A DNA stretch of 64,000 nucleotides from an archaeon (GCA_043797705.1 JAZDPJ010000002.1:20833-84832); one strand, 5' to 3'. Positions 37,699-47,856 are shown, counted from the first letter of the stretch. A program made the numbers and translations. The notes: a model not told the origin generated them from the sequence alone.

Positions 37699-38319
37699 AT
37701 GGGTATATTCATGAATAAGGCGATTAAGTATCTGATAATATCGGATATTTTTATTTTCACTGGTTTCGGTTTGATTAATCCGATTTTGGCTATTTTTGTT
37801 AAGGAGAATCTTATTGGTGGTACGATTTTTGCTGCTGGTTTGGCTAGTATGATTTTTATGCTTACTAAGTCTCTTGTGCAGCTTCCGTTTTCAAGGTATA
37901 TTGATAGTCATGATAGTCGAATTAAGTGGCTGATTCTTGGTACTTTTATCATTGCTTTTGTGCCTGTTATCTATCTTCTATCGAGCAATATAAAGCATAT
38001 TTATCTTGCTCAGTTCTTGTATGGTATTGGAAGTGGTTTGGCTTTCCCTGCTTGGCTTGGGATTTGGAGCTTTAATCTTGATAAAGGCCATGAGAGTTTT
38101 GAGTGGAGTCTTTATTCTACGCTTGTCGGTGTTGGCACTGCTGTTAGTGCTGCTGTTGGGGCAACTATTGCTGGGCTTTTTGGGTTTAAGTATACTTTTG
38201 TTTTTGTTGGTGTGATGTCTATGGTTGGTTGTGGTGTGTTGTTTAATTTAGAGAAGAAATACGGTAAGGGTGTTACCCAGTATAGGCATCATCGTCGTAA
38301 GAATCATAAGTCTCATTGA
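37699..38319 (+). CDS. Membrane protein (6 TM, MFS-like half)
   Basis: Hydrophobicity pattern and Gly-rich helices. The C-terminus is basic. Confidence 0.45.
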   Translation: MGIFMNKAIKYLIISDIFIFTGFGLINPILAIFVKENLIGGTIFAAGLASMIFMLTKSLVQLPFSRYIDSHDSRIKWLILGTFIIAFVPVIYLLSSNIKHIYLAQFLYGIGSGLAFPAWLGIWSFNLDKGHESFEWSLYSTLVGVGTAVSAAVGATIAGLFGFKYTFVFVGVMSMVGCGVLFNLEKKYGKGVTQYRHHRRKNHKSH

Positions 38320-38327
38320 TTTTTGGT

Positions 38328-39527
38328 TCACATATATTGTTGTAGGGCATACGCACCTATTCCTGCTGCTACTCCGACACCAAGTGCAAGGAATGCTGTC
38401 CCTCCGGCGCTTGTTCTCTGATCCATGTTTATTGTGGAGTCTGGGAATGATGCTAGGTATGATTCAACTGCTATGTCCAGTGATTTTTGTGCTACTTTTT
38501 TAGATCCGGTTTCAGGAAGGTTTAGGAAGTATTTGGTTTTGTCAATGACTTCGTGTATTGATGAGTCTAGGTTGTGTATATTGCTTGATATCTCTCGGCA
38601 GGTATTTCTTAGTTTTTCTGAGGCTCTATATCCTGCTGGTCCGTTATGGTTTCTTGAAGAGGTATTGAAGTGGTAGTGTGCTTCTGAATTGTTTATTGTG
38701 AAGAATAGTCCTGGTGAGGAGTTTATTAGGTAACTTAGCTGGTTATTGACTTCTCCAAGTGTCACATTTGCTCTTGCTTTGCTTGCCCATTGTGTGAATA
38801 TTTCATTTAGCTCTTCAGGTGTGGCTATTCTGCTCTCATCTTCAAAAACTGTTTTTTGTATTGCTTTTATATCCTGTGAATTGGGGGTTAGTTGGACTGT
38901 GAAGTCTGGGTTGTGTAGGGTTTTAGGAGTGTGTATTTTTAGCATATTTTCAAGCATCTTTTGTGCGACTTCTGCTTTCTCAGAATCAAAATCAAAGTTG
39001 TGGTCAGTATTGCTGTATGTTCTTTTCATGGTAATTTTTGTGCCGCCCTTTCCGTTGGATACAACAGAGGGTACATATATGTAGTTGTCGTGACTGTGAT
39101 AATCCCATGATTGATTTAATGCTTCAGCTGTTTCTGCTACACTATCTCTCAGTTCACAATGCCTTCTTAGTTTTTTAAGGAGTTTGTTGCCTATTTCATC
39201 AATCGCTACTGCATGTATCTCTATTCTTCCCTGTTTTAGTTCGCGTACAAATCCGGAGTATGATTTTGCTTCTCTGGATAAGTTCCATGCATTTGTTACT
39301 GTCATGCATAGGTCATTGATTGTGGAATAGAATCTTAAGGCTTCATTTCTGCCATACACACTCTCTGATTTTGATAGTACTGCTGGAAACACATTTGCTT
39401 CTCTTTGCTGTACATAGTTTGCTATTGTTCCGGTTATGATTGCGGCTGCTGATCCAGAACCTATTGCAATACCTACTGGCGAGGTGATTAGGTGTTGTGC
39501 TTCGTTTATTATTTCTGTGAGGTCCAT
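38328..39527 (-). CDS. Hypothetical membrane-anchored protein (N- and C-terminal TM, large extracytoplasmic domain)
   Basis: 399 aa with no motif recognised. Confidence 0.4.
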   Translation of the reverse strand: MDLTEIINEAQHLITSPVGIAIGSGSAAAIITGTIANYVQQREANVFPAVLSKSESVYGRNEALRFYSTINDLCMTVTNAWNLSREAKSYSGFVRELKQGRIEIHAVAIDEIGNKLLKKLRRHCELRDSVAETAEALNQSWDYHSHDNYIYVPSVVSNGKGGTKITMKRTYSNTDHNFDFDSEKAEVAQKMLENMLKIHTPKTLHNPDFTVQLTPNSQDIKAIQKTVFEDESRIATPEELNEIFTQWASKARANVTLGEVNNQLSYLINSSPGLFFTINNSEAHYHFNTSSRNHNGPAGYRASEKLRNTCREISSNIHNLDSSIHEVIDKTKYFLNLPETGSKKVAQKSLDIAVESYLASFPDSTINMDQRTSAGGTAFLALGVGVAAGIGAYALQQYM

Positions 39528-39638
39528 TGTCTATTCTATCGACCTCTTTTAGCCTCAAAAACTGACAGTTATTTATAAACATTCCTGCCAGAACAAGGTA
39601 TCAAGAGCGGGTTCCGCAAAATCAAGGACAGATTCTGC

Positions 39639-40874
39639 TTAGTTTATTTTTTTTCCATTTTCAAAGACTGCCATATGTCTTTTTCTCAGTTCTTTGAAGA
39701 ACGGTTTTGGTGGTACGGAGATTTCTGGGGCTGTGCTTCCTCTTGCTGTTATTGTCCCGTTTTTTATCATTTGGGCCATTATGCTTGCAGGCATGCCGGT
39801 GTCTATGTTGCATCCTGCGTCTTCCCAGCCTTTTAGTGTGTGGACTATGCATTCCATAAGTATCTTTTTGTTTTTTCCATTTTTCTTTCCTCGGATGTCT
39901 ACCCATAGGTTTTCTTTTTCTTTGTAGCCTTTGGGTTTTTTTATTTTTTTTAGTGCTTCTGTGAGGAATTCTGCGGGTTTTATTTTCTGTCCCATATAGT
40001 CTATGGCTTTTTTGCTTCCCATCCCGGTGTTAATCAGTACAAGTATTGTATTGAATGAGTGTTCTGGGAATCCTGCGTAGAATCTTATGTTTTTTAATCC
40101 TTTGTTCTTGAAGTAGTGGTGGAATGTGTATAGTTCTGGATGTGTTACTGGGAATTCTTTTTGTTTCCCTATGGTCTTGTGGTTTGATACTCTTATGTTC
40201 TCTAATGGCAGTTTGCATTTTATGCGCCCGTTTTCTATTATCGGGGCGAGTTCTATGAATTCTCGGATTATGCTGCTTATTGAGAATGGGACGACAAAGG
40301 TTTTTATGTTTGAATCCCATGCGAATCCTGCCTCTATTGTGTTTATGCTGTCAAATTTTTCTGCGGCGTGTTTTAGCATGACATTACCTATGCCGGGTAC
40401 TGATCCGGAGCTTGTTATGCTTATGAGGTCTTTGCGTTTGAGCATTTTGTCCATGCTTAGTTGCTTTTTTGTTATGGATATATCTGATCCCAGGTCAATA
40501 CAGTTCATGTTGTTTTTTGTGCATGCTTTTAGTATCTGCAGGTTCCAGTCTCCTTCTACGCAGTTGATTGCAGTTTTGGCTCCGCTGTCTTTTAGTGTTT
40601 TGAGCAGGAGTTTTTCGTCTCTGACATCAAGGTGTTTGAATGCGGTTTTCTTGAATTCTTTTAATAGATGTAGCACTTTTGATTTGTCTCTTCCGCACAA
40701 GAGTACTGAGTAATTGTTCTTTAGTAGGTCTTTTGTCGCTATGTTTCCTTGTAGTCCTGTCGCTCCCAGTACTACGAAGTCATATGTCATGTCATAATCC
40801 TTGTTTTTAAGATATTTAAAGTTAGCTCTTTGGGAAGTTTCTATTTTTATTTCTCCAAGTATTGGTTTTGACAT
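39639..40874 (-). CDS. Saccharopine-dehydrogenase-like NAD(P)-binding oxidoreductase
   Basis: N-terminal Rossmann FVVLGATGLQGNIATKDLL plus the ~400-aa two-domain size. Confidence 0.55.
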   Translation of the reverse strand: MSKPILGEIKIETSQRANFKYLKNKDYDMTYDFVVLGATGLQGNIATKDLLKNNYSVLLCGRDKSKVLHLLKEFKKTAFKHLDVRDEKLLLKTLKDSGAKTAINCVEGDWNLQILKACTKNNMNCIDLGSDISITKKQLSMDKMLKRKDLISITSSGSVPGIGNVMLKHAAEKFDSINTIEAGFAWDSNIKTFVVPFSISSIIREFIELAPIIENGRIKCKLPLENIRVSNHKTIGKQKEFPVTHPELYTFHHYFKNKGLKNIRFYAGFPEHSFNTILVLINTGMGSKKAIDYMGQKIKPAEFLTEALKKIKKPKGYKEKENLWVDIRGKKNGKNKKILMECIVHTLKGWEDAGCNIDTGMPASIMAQMIKNGTITARGSTAPEISVPPKPFFKELRKRHMAVFENGKKIN

Positions 40875-40924
40875 TTTTTTAGATTGTATAAACTTACTGT
40901 GGGGAAATGAGTTATACTGATTTT

Positions 40925-41140
40925 TTACTTATTTGAAGATGCCCTGGTTAGAAGAACTATCATGGTTGCTGCAAAGAGAGTTATGCCTATTGAGTATATC
41001 AGCATTCCAAGGATGTTTGTTGGTGTTTCAGAAAAATTATGAATGATCATTTTGATTGTGTCATTCCATGCTAGTGCTGCAATTAGTCCGAATGACGCTG
41101 TTACTATTGTTATTAGTTTTTCTATGACTTCTTTTTTCAT
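40925..41140 (-). CDS. Small membrane protein (2 TM)
   Basis: 71-aa hydrophobic ORF. Confidence 0.3.
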   Translation of the reverse strand: MKKEVIEKLITIVTASFGLIAALAWNDTIKMIIHNFSETPTNILGMLIYSIGITLFAATMIVLLTRASSNK

Positions 41141-41178
41141 ATATACCCTCTTAAAAATATAAATAAAATAAAAAAAGT

Positions 41179-41460
41179 TTATTTTAATAGTTTTTTGACG
41201 AATTTTTTGCCAGTGTCTGTTGCTATCTTGTTTGTGTTGTGTACTGTTTTGACTACTGCTCTTTCAAGGTCTATTGCGCTGACTACTCCGCCTTTTGTTA
41301 GGTTTTTTGCTTCTTTGAATAGATCACCTGTTGCTTTTGTCAGTAGTTTTCCAGTAAATCCTATTCCTAAGAATAGTTGTTTTACTTTTGTCACCGGGTA
41401 TACGATAACTTTTCCGGCTTTTGTTTTTACTTTTAATTTTTTTGTTGCCAAGATGTTCAC
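41179..41460 (-). CDS. Small basic (Lys-rich) protein, possibly nucleic-acid binding
   Basis: 93 aa, about 25% Lys, no motif. Confidence 0.3.
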   Translation of the reverse strand: MNILATKKLKVKTKAGKVIVYPVTKVKQLFLGIGFTGKLLTKATGDLFKEAKNLTKGGVVSAIDLERAVVKTVHNTNKIATDTGKKFVKKLLK

Positions 41461-41576
41461 CTCCGTTACTTTTTTAAAGGGTTTTTCATTTAAAAGTGTT
41501 GTGTTTATATTTTGAAGTAGATTACAAATGTTTAAAAAGTTTTAATGGCTATAAAATTTTCAGGAGGTGAGATATT

Positions 41577-41786
41577 ATGGCTAAGAAAGGTATGAGCACT
41601 CTTGATTGGGTCGCAGTTGTTCTTGTGGTTGTTGGTGGCTTGAACTGGGGTCTTATTGGAGCTTTTGGTTTTGACCTTGTTGAGTTTTTGCTTGGAAGCA
41701 TTCTTGCCTTGCAGAGGGTTGTTTATAGTTTGGTTGGTATAGCTGCTGTTTATAGCATATACAGTCTTGCGAAGGCAAAAGTTTAG
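41577..41786 (+). CDS. DUF378-family small membrane protein
   Basis: LDWVAVVLVVVGGLNWGLIGAFGFDLV... matches the DUF378 signature. Confidence 0.65.
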   Translation: MAKKGMSTLDWVAVVLVVVGGLNWGLIGAFGFDLVEFLLGSILALQRVVYSLVGIAAVYSIYSLAKAKV

Positions 41787-41826
41787 AATATAAGTTTTTT
41801 TTTAATTAACTTTTAGGTTAATCAGA

Positions 41827-42393
41827 TTATTTTGCTTTTCTGCCCATGCTAAATAGTCTTTTTTTTGCTTCGTGGTTCATTGGTTCGTAGGCGTATCTTA
41901 CATCTTCTATTGTGTATACTGCTTTGTGATCGTATTTTTTTAGTAGGTCTATTATATTTTTTACATCTTTTTTTGGCAGCACCATATGGATTATTCTTAC
42001 TTTTCCTGTCATTCCTTCTGCGTATGCGCTTGTTTGTGAGTATTCTGTTTTTTTTAGCTGTTTGGTTAGCTCTTTTGCATCTTTGCTTGCTGTGATTCTT
42101 AGCATTACTTTTCCTAGTGCTATTTTTGATTCGAGTTCTATTCCCACATATGTTCCGAATGCGAATCCTGCTGCGTATCCAAAGTATGCCATGGGGTTTG
42201 TTAGGCTTGATAGTATCTCTCTTATTGCCAGTAGCCAGACTGTTACTTCGAAGAATCCTAGTATTGGCGCTATTTTTTTATGGCCTTTTGATGCAAGTAT
42301 TACTCTTATCGTTCCAAGGCTTACATCTATTATTCTTGCTAGGAATATCAGGAGGGGTATTATGACCCAAGTATAGATGCTTACTGGTTCCAC
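41827..42393 (-). CDS. UPF0316/DUF2179-family membrane protein
   Basis: N-terminal TM region TIRVILASKGHKKIAPILGFFEVTVWLLAI plus a C-terminal soluble domain; layout as in Bacillus UPF0316 proteins. Confidence 0.55.
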   Translation of the reverse strand: MEPVSIYTWVIIPLLIFLARIIDVSLGTIRVILASKGHKKIAPILGFFEVTVWLLAIREILSSLTNPMAYFGYAAGFAFGTYVGIELESKIALGKVMLRITASKDAKELTKQLKKTEYSQTSAYAEGMTGKVRIIHMVLPKKDVKNIIDLLKKYDHKAVYTIEDVRYAYEPMNHEAKKRLFSMGRKAK

Positions 42394-42448
42394 GTCATGA
42401 TAATGTCAGAATCTGTTTATAAATTCTTTTATTTGGGGTCTGTTTGGT

Positions 42449-43381
42449 TTATTGTTTCTTGATATTTTTGATGGCTTCTGTGAGTTCTTTATTTGTGTTT
42501 ATGCTTCCAATTTTTCTTCTTTTATTTGTTGCATTTTTCATGCCTTTGCAAAACCACATTGATTGTTGTTTGAGTTCTGTTAATGTTATTTCATATTTTT
42601 TTTGGAGATTGATAAATGTTTTTAGCTGTTCTTCTTTTTCTTTATCTGTGAGCTCTGGTATCTTCTTGTTGTTCTGTATTAGCTCTGCGCATTGTTTAAA
42701 GATATGGGGGTTTCCTATTGCTGCTCTTCCTATCATTATCATGTCGCATCCTGTTTCTTGAAGCATTCTTTTTGCGTCTTCTGCTGTCCAGATGTCTCCG
42801 TTTCCTATGATTGGTATGTTTGTTTTTTGCTTTAGTTTTCTTATTTTGTTCCAGTCTGCTTTTCCAGAGTATCTCTGTTCTTTTGTTCTTGCGTGTAGGG
42901 TTATTGCTGCGACTCCGGCGTCTTCTGCTGTTTTGCCTATTTTTAGGTAGTTTTGTGTTTTGTCATTCCAGCCGGATCTTATTTTGATTGTTATTGGTTT
43001 GTTTGTTGCGTTTGTTGCTGCGTTTATCATTTGTCTTATCTTGTCTGGGTGTTTTGAGAACCATGCGCCCATTTTTTGTTTTATTATGTTGTGTTCTGGG
43101 CATCCGAAGTTGAGATCTATTATGTTTGCGTGTCTTTCTATTTTTTTTATGGCTTCTTTTATTTGTTTTGGTTCTGATCCTATAAGTTGTATCGATAATG
43201 GTTTGTCTTCTTTTATGAATTTTGGTATTTTTCCTTGTATTATTGGGATTGCATATAGCATCTGGGTTGTTGCTAGTGCTGCTCCTTGTTGTCTGCATTG
43301 TATTCTAAATGCTGTGCAGTTTATTCCGTGCATGGGGGCGAGAATTAGCGGATTTTTTAGTTTTAGGGTTCCTATTTTCAT
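42449..43381 (-). CDS. tRNA-dihydrouridine synthase (Dus family, TIM barrel)
   Basis: LILAPMHGINCTAFR...IDLNFGCPEH...ITLHARTKEQRYSGKADW are Dus blocks. Confidence 0.75.
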   Translation of the reverse strand: MKIGTLKLKNPLILAPMHGINCTAFRIQCRQQGAALATTQMLYAIPIIQGKIPKFIKEDKPLSIQLIGSEPKQIKEAIKKIERHANIIDLNFGCPEHNIIKQKMGAWFSKHPDKIRQMINAATNATNKPITIKIRSGWNDKTQNYLKIGKTAEDAGVAAITLHARTKEQRYSGKADWNKIRKLKQKTNIPIIGNGDIWTAEDAKRMLQETGCDMIMIGRAAIGNPHIFKQCAELIQNNKKIPELTDKEKEEQLKTFINLQKKYEITLTELKQQSMWFCKGMKNATNKRRKIGSINTNKELTEAIKNIKKQ

Positions 43382-44925
43382 GTTGTTTTTCTCAAGGGAT
43401 GGGTTTGGGGGGTATAGATTTTATTTTTGAAGATTATTTCTTTTTGTTTCTTTTTTTCAGAGTAGGTGTATGGTACATATATTTTTTTCTTAGTTTTTGG
43501 GTCAAGTGATGTGTAGTACATGCAGGTTGATACTGTCATTGGTGTTGGTATGAATACTTGTACTGAGTCTGCGTTTTCTAGATGTTTTATTTGTTCTGCT
43601 AGTTCTTCAGCTTCTTTCATGCTTGACCCGGGGTGTGCTGTTATGAAGTAGAATGCAAGTTTTTTCCCTGTTGTTTTGAATTTTTTTATGAATTCTTTTA
43701 GGTTGCCTTGGTCTTTGTTCATTAGTTTTAGCACTTTTTTGTTTACATGTTCTGGCGCTATTTTGAGTGTTCCTGATATGTGGTGTTGTGCTATCTCTTT
43801 TATGTATTTGTCTGTTGTAAGTGAGTAGTGTATTCCGCTCCGTATATAGACTTTTTTTACGCCAGGTACTTTTCTTGCTTGTCTTAGCAGGTTTATCAGT
43901 CTTTCATTGCTTCTGTCGAGTTTGTTGCAGGTGATGCATTTGCCTTGGCATTTGTTGCAGTCCATGCCATACATGTTTGCTGATGGTCCTCCTAGGTCGT
44001 CTATGTTTCCTCTGAAGTGTTTTAGTTTGGTTATTTTTTTTATTTCTTTTAGGATTGATTCTTCGCTTCGGGATATTATTCTGTTTCCTTGTGTTAGTGT
44101 TAGTGAGCAGAAGTTGCATTCTCCTATGCATCCTCTGTGTGTTACTACGCTGAATTCGAATCCTCTTAGGTGTTTGCTGGGTATTTTTCTTGTGAATTCT
44201 AGTTCGTAGTATTCGTCTAGGTCTTTTGGTGTGTATTTTGGGATTTTGTATTGCAGTAGGTATCTGTTGTCTATTTTTTGTGCTAGGTTTTTATTGTTGC
44301 TTAGTTGGTTTTGCATATCGCAGAATTTTTCTTTGGATGTGCTGACTTCTTCATGGCTTGGTAGTTCTGTGAAGTTTTTGGGTAGGTTTTTGCTTGTTAT
44401 GCATGTTCCTTCTATTTCAGTTAGGTCTTCGTTGTTTTTGATTCTTTTTGCTATTTCGAGTATTTGTTTTTCTGCATTTCCGTATGCTAGTATGTCTGCT
44501 CTTGAGTCGAGTAGTATGGGCTTTCTTAGTTTGTTGTCCCAGTAGTCGTAGTGTGTGAATCTTCTTAGTGTTGCTTCTGTTCCTCCAATTACCATTTTTG
44601 TGTCTTTGTATTTTTGTCTTACCCAGTTGCTGTAGGTTATCACTGCTCTGTTTGGTACATTTTCATTGTAATCAAGGTTTTTGTCGTCTTTTCTTAGTCT
44701 TTTTTGTGGCGTGTAGTTTCTGATCATTGAGTCTATGCTTCCGGAGCTTATTGCGAAGAATAGTTTTGGTGTTCCTAGTTGTGTTATGTCTTCGGGTTTT
44801 TGCGGCATTTCTATTATGCCTATATTGTATCCGTTTTTTTCTAGCAGTCTTTTTAGTATTGCTGCTCCGCTTAGTGGATGGTCAAAGAATAATTCTCCTA
44901 GTAGGAATATTATGTCGTATTGCAT
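43378..44925 (-). CDS. Radical SAM protein, YgiQ/UPF0313-like
   Basis: N-terminal B12-like/Rossmann region, then HRGCIGECNFCSLT radical SAM motif. Overlaps the Dus gene by 4 nt. Confidence 0.6.
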   Translation of the reverse strand: MQYDIIFLLGELFFDHPLSGAAILKRLLEKNGYNIGIIEMPQKPEDITQLGTPKLFFAISSGSIDSMIRNYTPQKRLRKDDKNLDYNENVPNRAVITYSNWVRQKYKDTKMVIGGTEATLRRFTHYDYWDNKLRKPILLDSRADILAYGNAEKQILEIAKRIKNNEDLTEIEGTCITSKNLPKNFTELPSHEEVSTSKEKFCDMQNQLSNNKNLAQKIDNRYLLQYKIPKYTPKDLDEYYELEFTRKIPSKHLRGFEFSVVTHRGCIGECNFCSLTLTQGNRIISRSEESILKEIKKITKLKHFRGNIDDLGGPSANMYGMDCNKCQGKCITCNKLDRSNERLINLLRQARKVPGVKKVYIRSGIHYSLTTDKYIKEIAQHHISGTLKIAPEHVNKKVLKLMNKDQGNLKEFIKKFKTTGKKLAFYFITAHPGSSMKEAEELAEQIKHLENADSVQVFIPTPMTVSTCMYYTSLDPKTKKKIYVPYTYSEKKKQKEIIFKNKIYTPQTHPLRKTT

Positions 44926-44984
44926 TGTTTAGACTTAGTTTTTGGTTGTTTTTAATTCTTTTGAAATTGTTTTTTAGATTAGGG

Positions 44985-45518
44985 TTATTCAAGTTCTCTT
45001 TTCAGCATTTTGTGGGCTCTGTTTAATATTTGGAATTTTTCTGTGTTGCCGCCTTTATCTGGGTGGCATTCTTTTGCCAGTTCCTTGTATTTTTTGTTGA
45101 TTTCTTCTAGGTCTGTGCAGTTTTCGTCGATTCCTAGGAGTTCTCTTGCTTCTTTTCTTTTTTCTTCGATGTCTGTGTCTTCTGTGAATTCTCTTATGAA
45201 TTCTTCTTTTGTTTTTTTGTTATTTAGTAGTGCTTGTGTTTCTAGTTCGATTATTTTTGAGACTATGTGTAAGTTTTCGATGAAGGTTGAGTTTTTGTAG
45301 CTGAAGTAGAGGTAGTTGTCCTCCTGGTACCATGAGGCTGATGCTGGGACTTTCTTTATGACGACGGTTTCTAGTGGGATTTCTATGTCGTCTTCTTTTA
45401 CTCCTAGTTTCTTTAGGTTGCTTATTATTTTGTTTTTGAATTGAATTGCTTTCCTTGCAGAGTATCCTTTCTGTTGGAATGAGCTGAATTCGTGCCCTTT
45501 TACGTTTATTATTGTCAT
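44985..45518 (-). CDS. J-domain (DnaJ-like) protein
   Basis: C-terminal KYKELAKECHPDKGGNTEKFQILNRAHKML carries the HPD motif. Confidence 0.55.
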   Translation of the reverse strand: MTIINVKGHEFSSFQQKGYSARKAIQFKNKIISNLKKLGVKEDDIEIPLETVVIKKVPASASWYQEDNYLYFSYKNSTFIENLHIVSKIIELETQALLNNKKTKEEFIREFTEDTDIEEKRKEARELLGIDENCTDLEEINKKYKELAKECHPDKGGNTEKFQILNRAHKMLKRELE

Positions 45519-45563
45519 GATTTTAGCTTAAAACTGGGTTTTGTTTATAAAGGTAGGTATTTT

Positions 45564-46433
45564 TTATCCTGTCTCAGATTTTACATTTGCGAAGTGTTTG
45601 AAGATATTTTTTTGATATTTCGGGTGTGCATTCCTTTCTTTTAGGAGCTTTTCGTATTCTTCTTTTATTTTGCTTGGTGGCGGTGTCTTTAGCCCTTTCA
45701 GTTCGGCGAATATTAATGGGTTTCTTATCGCTTCCCTACCTATCATGACTCCTTTGCAGTCTTTCATTTTTTCAATGTCTTCTTTGGTTTTTATGTCTCC
45801 GTTCGCTATGATGTTCTTTCCTGTTTTCACGCATTCTGGGAAGACGCTCCAGTCTGCTTTGTCTGCATAGGTTTGTTTGCCGTGTCTTGCGTGGACCACG
45901 AAGAATTCTGCGTCGACATTGTTTATCAGGTTGAGATAGGCTTTTTTGTCTTTTTCGTATTTGTTCAGGCCAAGGCGCATCTTTATGCTTGTCTCGTAGC
46001 CTTGGTCCTTGATGATGTTAACCATTCTTTTTATTTTTGTTACTCTTTTGATCATTGCGCAGCCGAGGCCTTCTTTTATGAATCTTGGGTCAGGGCATCC
46101 TAGGTTCAGGTTGAATCCTTTAAATCCTTTTTCTGGTGAGAATCTTGATAGGTATTTGCTGAGCGATTGCTCCTTTTGTCCTATGATTTGTATTGCTGTT
46201 GGTGTGCTGTCGTGGAGCTTTGCTCTTGTCATGGCGGATTCGTTGTTTTTTGCCAGCGCTTCCAGGCTGATCAGTTCTGTGAATGTTAGGTCTGCTCCGT
46301 GGCAGAGGGTTCTGAAGCTTGAGTCGGTCATGCCCTCTATCGGCGCGAGCATGTAGTAGAACTTCTTTTCCATTGTGAATGAAGTGTATTCTTTGGTTTT
46401 TATATTTTCTTGTGAGAGTTCAGCTCGATTCAT
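45564..46433 (-). CDS. Second Dus-family tRNA-dihydrouridine synthase paralogue
   Basis: MLAPIEGMTDSSFR...NLNLGCPD...HARHGKQTYADKADW parallel the blocks of the first Dus. Confidence 0.7.
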   Translation of the reverse strand: MNRAELSQENIKTKEYTSFTMEKKFYYMLAPIEGMTDSSFRTLCHGADLTFTELISLEALAKNNESAMTRAKLHDSTPTAIQIIGQKEQSLSKYLSRFSPEKGFKGFNLNLGCPDPRFIKEGLGCAMIKRVTKIKRMVNIIKDQGYETSIKMRLGLNKYEKDKKAYLNLINNVDAEFFVVHARHGKQTYADKADWSVFPECVKTGKNIIANGDIKTKEDIEKMKDCKGVMIGREAIRNPLIFAELKGLKTPPPSKIKEEYEKLLKERNAHPKYQKNIFKHFANVKSETG

Positions 46434-46815
46434 ATGTGTAGTCGCACATGGTGCTATGGCAGTTGGTGCATATGATGTCGTATCCTCTTCTTCCGGATAG
46501 TGTACCGTTGCTTATTGAGTCCTCATCCTTGAAGTCTGGTGGACCGATGACTATCTTCTTGCATTCTCCGCATTCATAGGCGAGCTTTTGCTCTAGGAAG
46601 TAGCTGTAATTTTTATGGCTCCGGACATATTCTGTATAACCATGCAGGTCTCTGTTGGGTTTTACTGTCTTTCCGGCTCTCACTTTGTAGAACATGCTGT
46701 TCTCTGGGAAGGATTCCATGAGTTCATCGAGCGTGACTACATTTCCTCTCAGTTTGGATGGTATGCTGTCCCATCTTATTCTTTCAAAGTCGCTGTCTTT
46801 TGTGTCAGGCACCAT
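46420..46815 (-). CDS. Hypothetical Cys-rich (zinc-ribbon-like) protein
   Basis: CGEC...CTNC in 131 aa. Confidence 0.3.
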   Translation of the reverse strand: MVPDTKDSDFERIRWDSIPSKLRGNVVTLDELMESFPENSMFYKVRAGKTVKPNRDLHGYTEYVRSHKNYSYFLEQKLAYECGECKKIVIGPPDFKDEDSISNGTLSGRRGYDIICTNCHSTMCDYTYESS

Positions 46816-47223
46816 ATTTCCTTGTTTTTGCGGTAATCATTTATAAGTCTTTCCCATTTCTTTTTTTCTCTGTATGCTGCGGTGGAACTGCACCAGTTGT
46901 GTAGATTGTTTCTGGCTTCAAACACCTATCGAATTTTGTAACCAGTATGGCTCTGAGTGTTCTGTTTATAAGATTTGGGTGTCTGCAAAAATCAGTTAAA
47001 ATGTAGACTTTCGAAATGTGTATCAGACGGTTCTAGCTTCAAAAGAACTTTAGTTTATATTTGTCTTCTAGAAATTCGTGACATTTATCAATTAAATTGC
47101 AAATTTTCTTGGCTTTTGTAAGGGTCTTTCTTTTCCATTTTTGTATAGTTCTCCCAAGAAACCATTTATTATAAACAACTTGTATGAAAGTTGTAATCCC
47201 TGTAATATGCCAAGAATGTTCTA

Positions 47224-47235
47224 TGCGCCGGCTGG
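47224..47235. repeat. Short exact copy (12-14 nt) of the 3' end of tRNA-Gly
   Basis: tatgcgccggctgg at 47222-47235 equals 47855-47868, the 3' acceptor/T-stem of the tRNA-Gly gene. Confidence 0.3.
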
Positions 47236-47387
47236 ATACTTTCAATCTCGCTTCAAATCCCCTACTTGATTTTTGTAACCTGAATAATCCGGAACCCTCG
47301 GTTTCGTTTATAAGTTTTGAGGGGTAGTTGTTCCGGTTTATATACAAAACAATTAAGTTTATTAGTTTTCTAGTATTAAGTAATGCT

Positions 47388-47852
47388 ATGAATATAACTT
47401 GGAAAGTGCTAGTAGTGAGTTTGCTCGTAGTATTTCTTACGGGGTTTTTAGGAACTCTGGCAATGAAGGATAGTGTAAATACGCAATGGTATCTTGATAA
47501 TAAACCGAGTTTCACACCGCCAAATTATGTTTTTGGACCTGTGTGGACAACTCTTTACATTCTTATTGCCGGAGCCTTGTATCTTTCTTGGACAAAAGCT
47601 AAAAAGAAAGAGAAGAAAAAAGTTGCATGGGCTTATGGAACTAATCTGATTTTGAATGCATTATGGAGTTTTCTTTTCTTTGGACTTTTAAATCCTCTTT
47701 TAGCATTGCTTGAGATAGTGATTCTTTGGATGACAATTTTTTGGATGATTAAGGTAAGTTATAAGATAGATAAGAGAGCTGCTTGGATGTTGGTTCCTTA
47801 CTTGTTGTGGGTTGCAGTAGCTATTTTATTGAATGCAGGTTTTTTGTTTTAG
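47388..47852 (+). CDS. TspO/MBR (tryptophan-rich sensory protein) family membrane protein
   Basis: WYLDNKPSFTPPNYVFGPVWTTLYILIAGALYLSW and Trp-rich TM helices. Confidence 0.65.
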   Translation: MNITWKVLVVSLLVVFLTGFLGTLAMKDSVNTQWYLDNKPSFTPPNYVFGPVWTTLYILIAGALYLSWTKAKKKEKKKVAWAYGTNLILNALWSFLFFGLLNPLLALLEIVILWMTIFWMIKVSYKIDKRAAWMLVPYLLWVAVAILLNAGFLF

Positions 47853-47856
47853 AATA

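Noticed and set aside
47039-47515. 158-aa minus-strand ORF upstream of and overlapping tspO
   Set aside because: No motif, a basic low-complexity N-terminus, and it overlaps the well-supported TspO gene start. The region 47270-47330 does contain an imperfect hairpin (CCGGAACCCTC…GAGGGGTAGTTGTTCCGG) that could be a terminator or RNA element, but that was not pursued.
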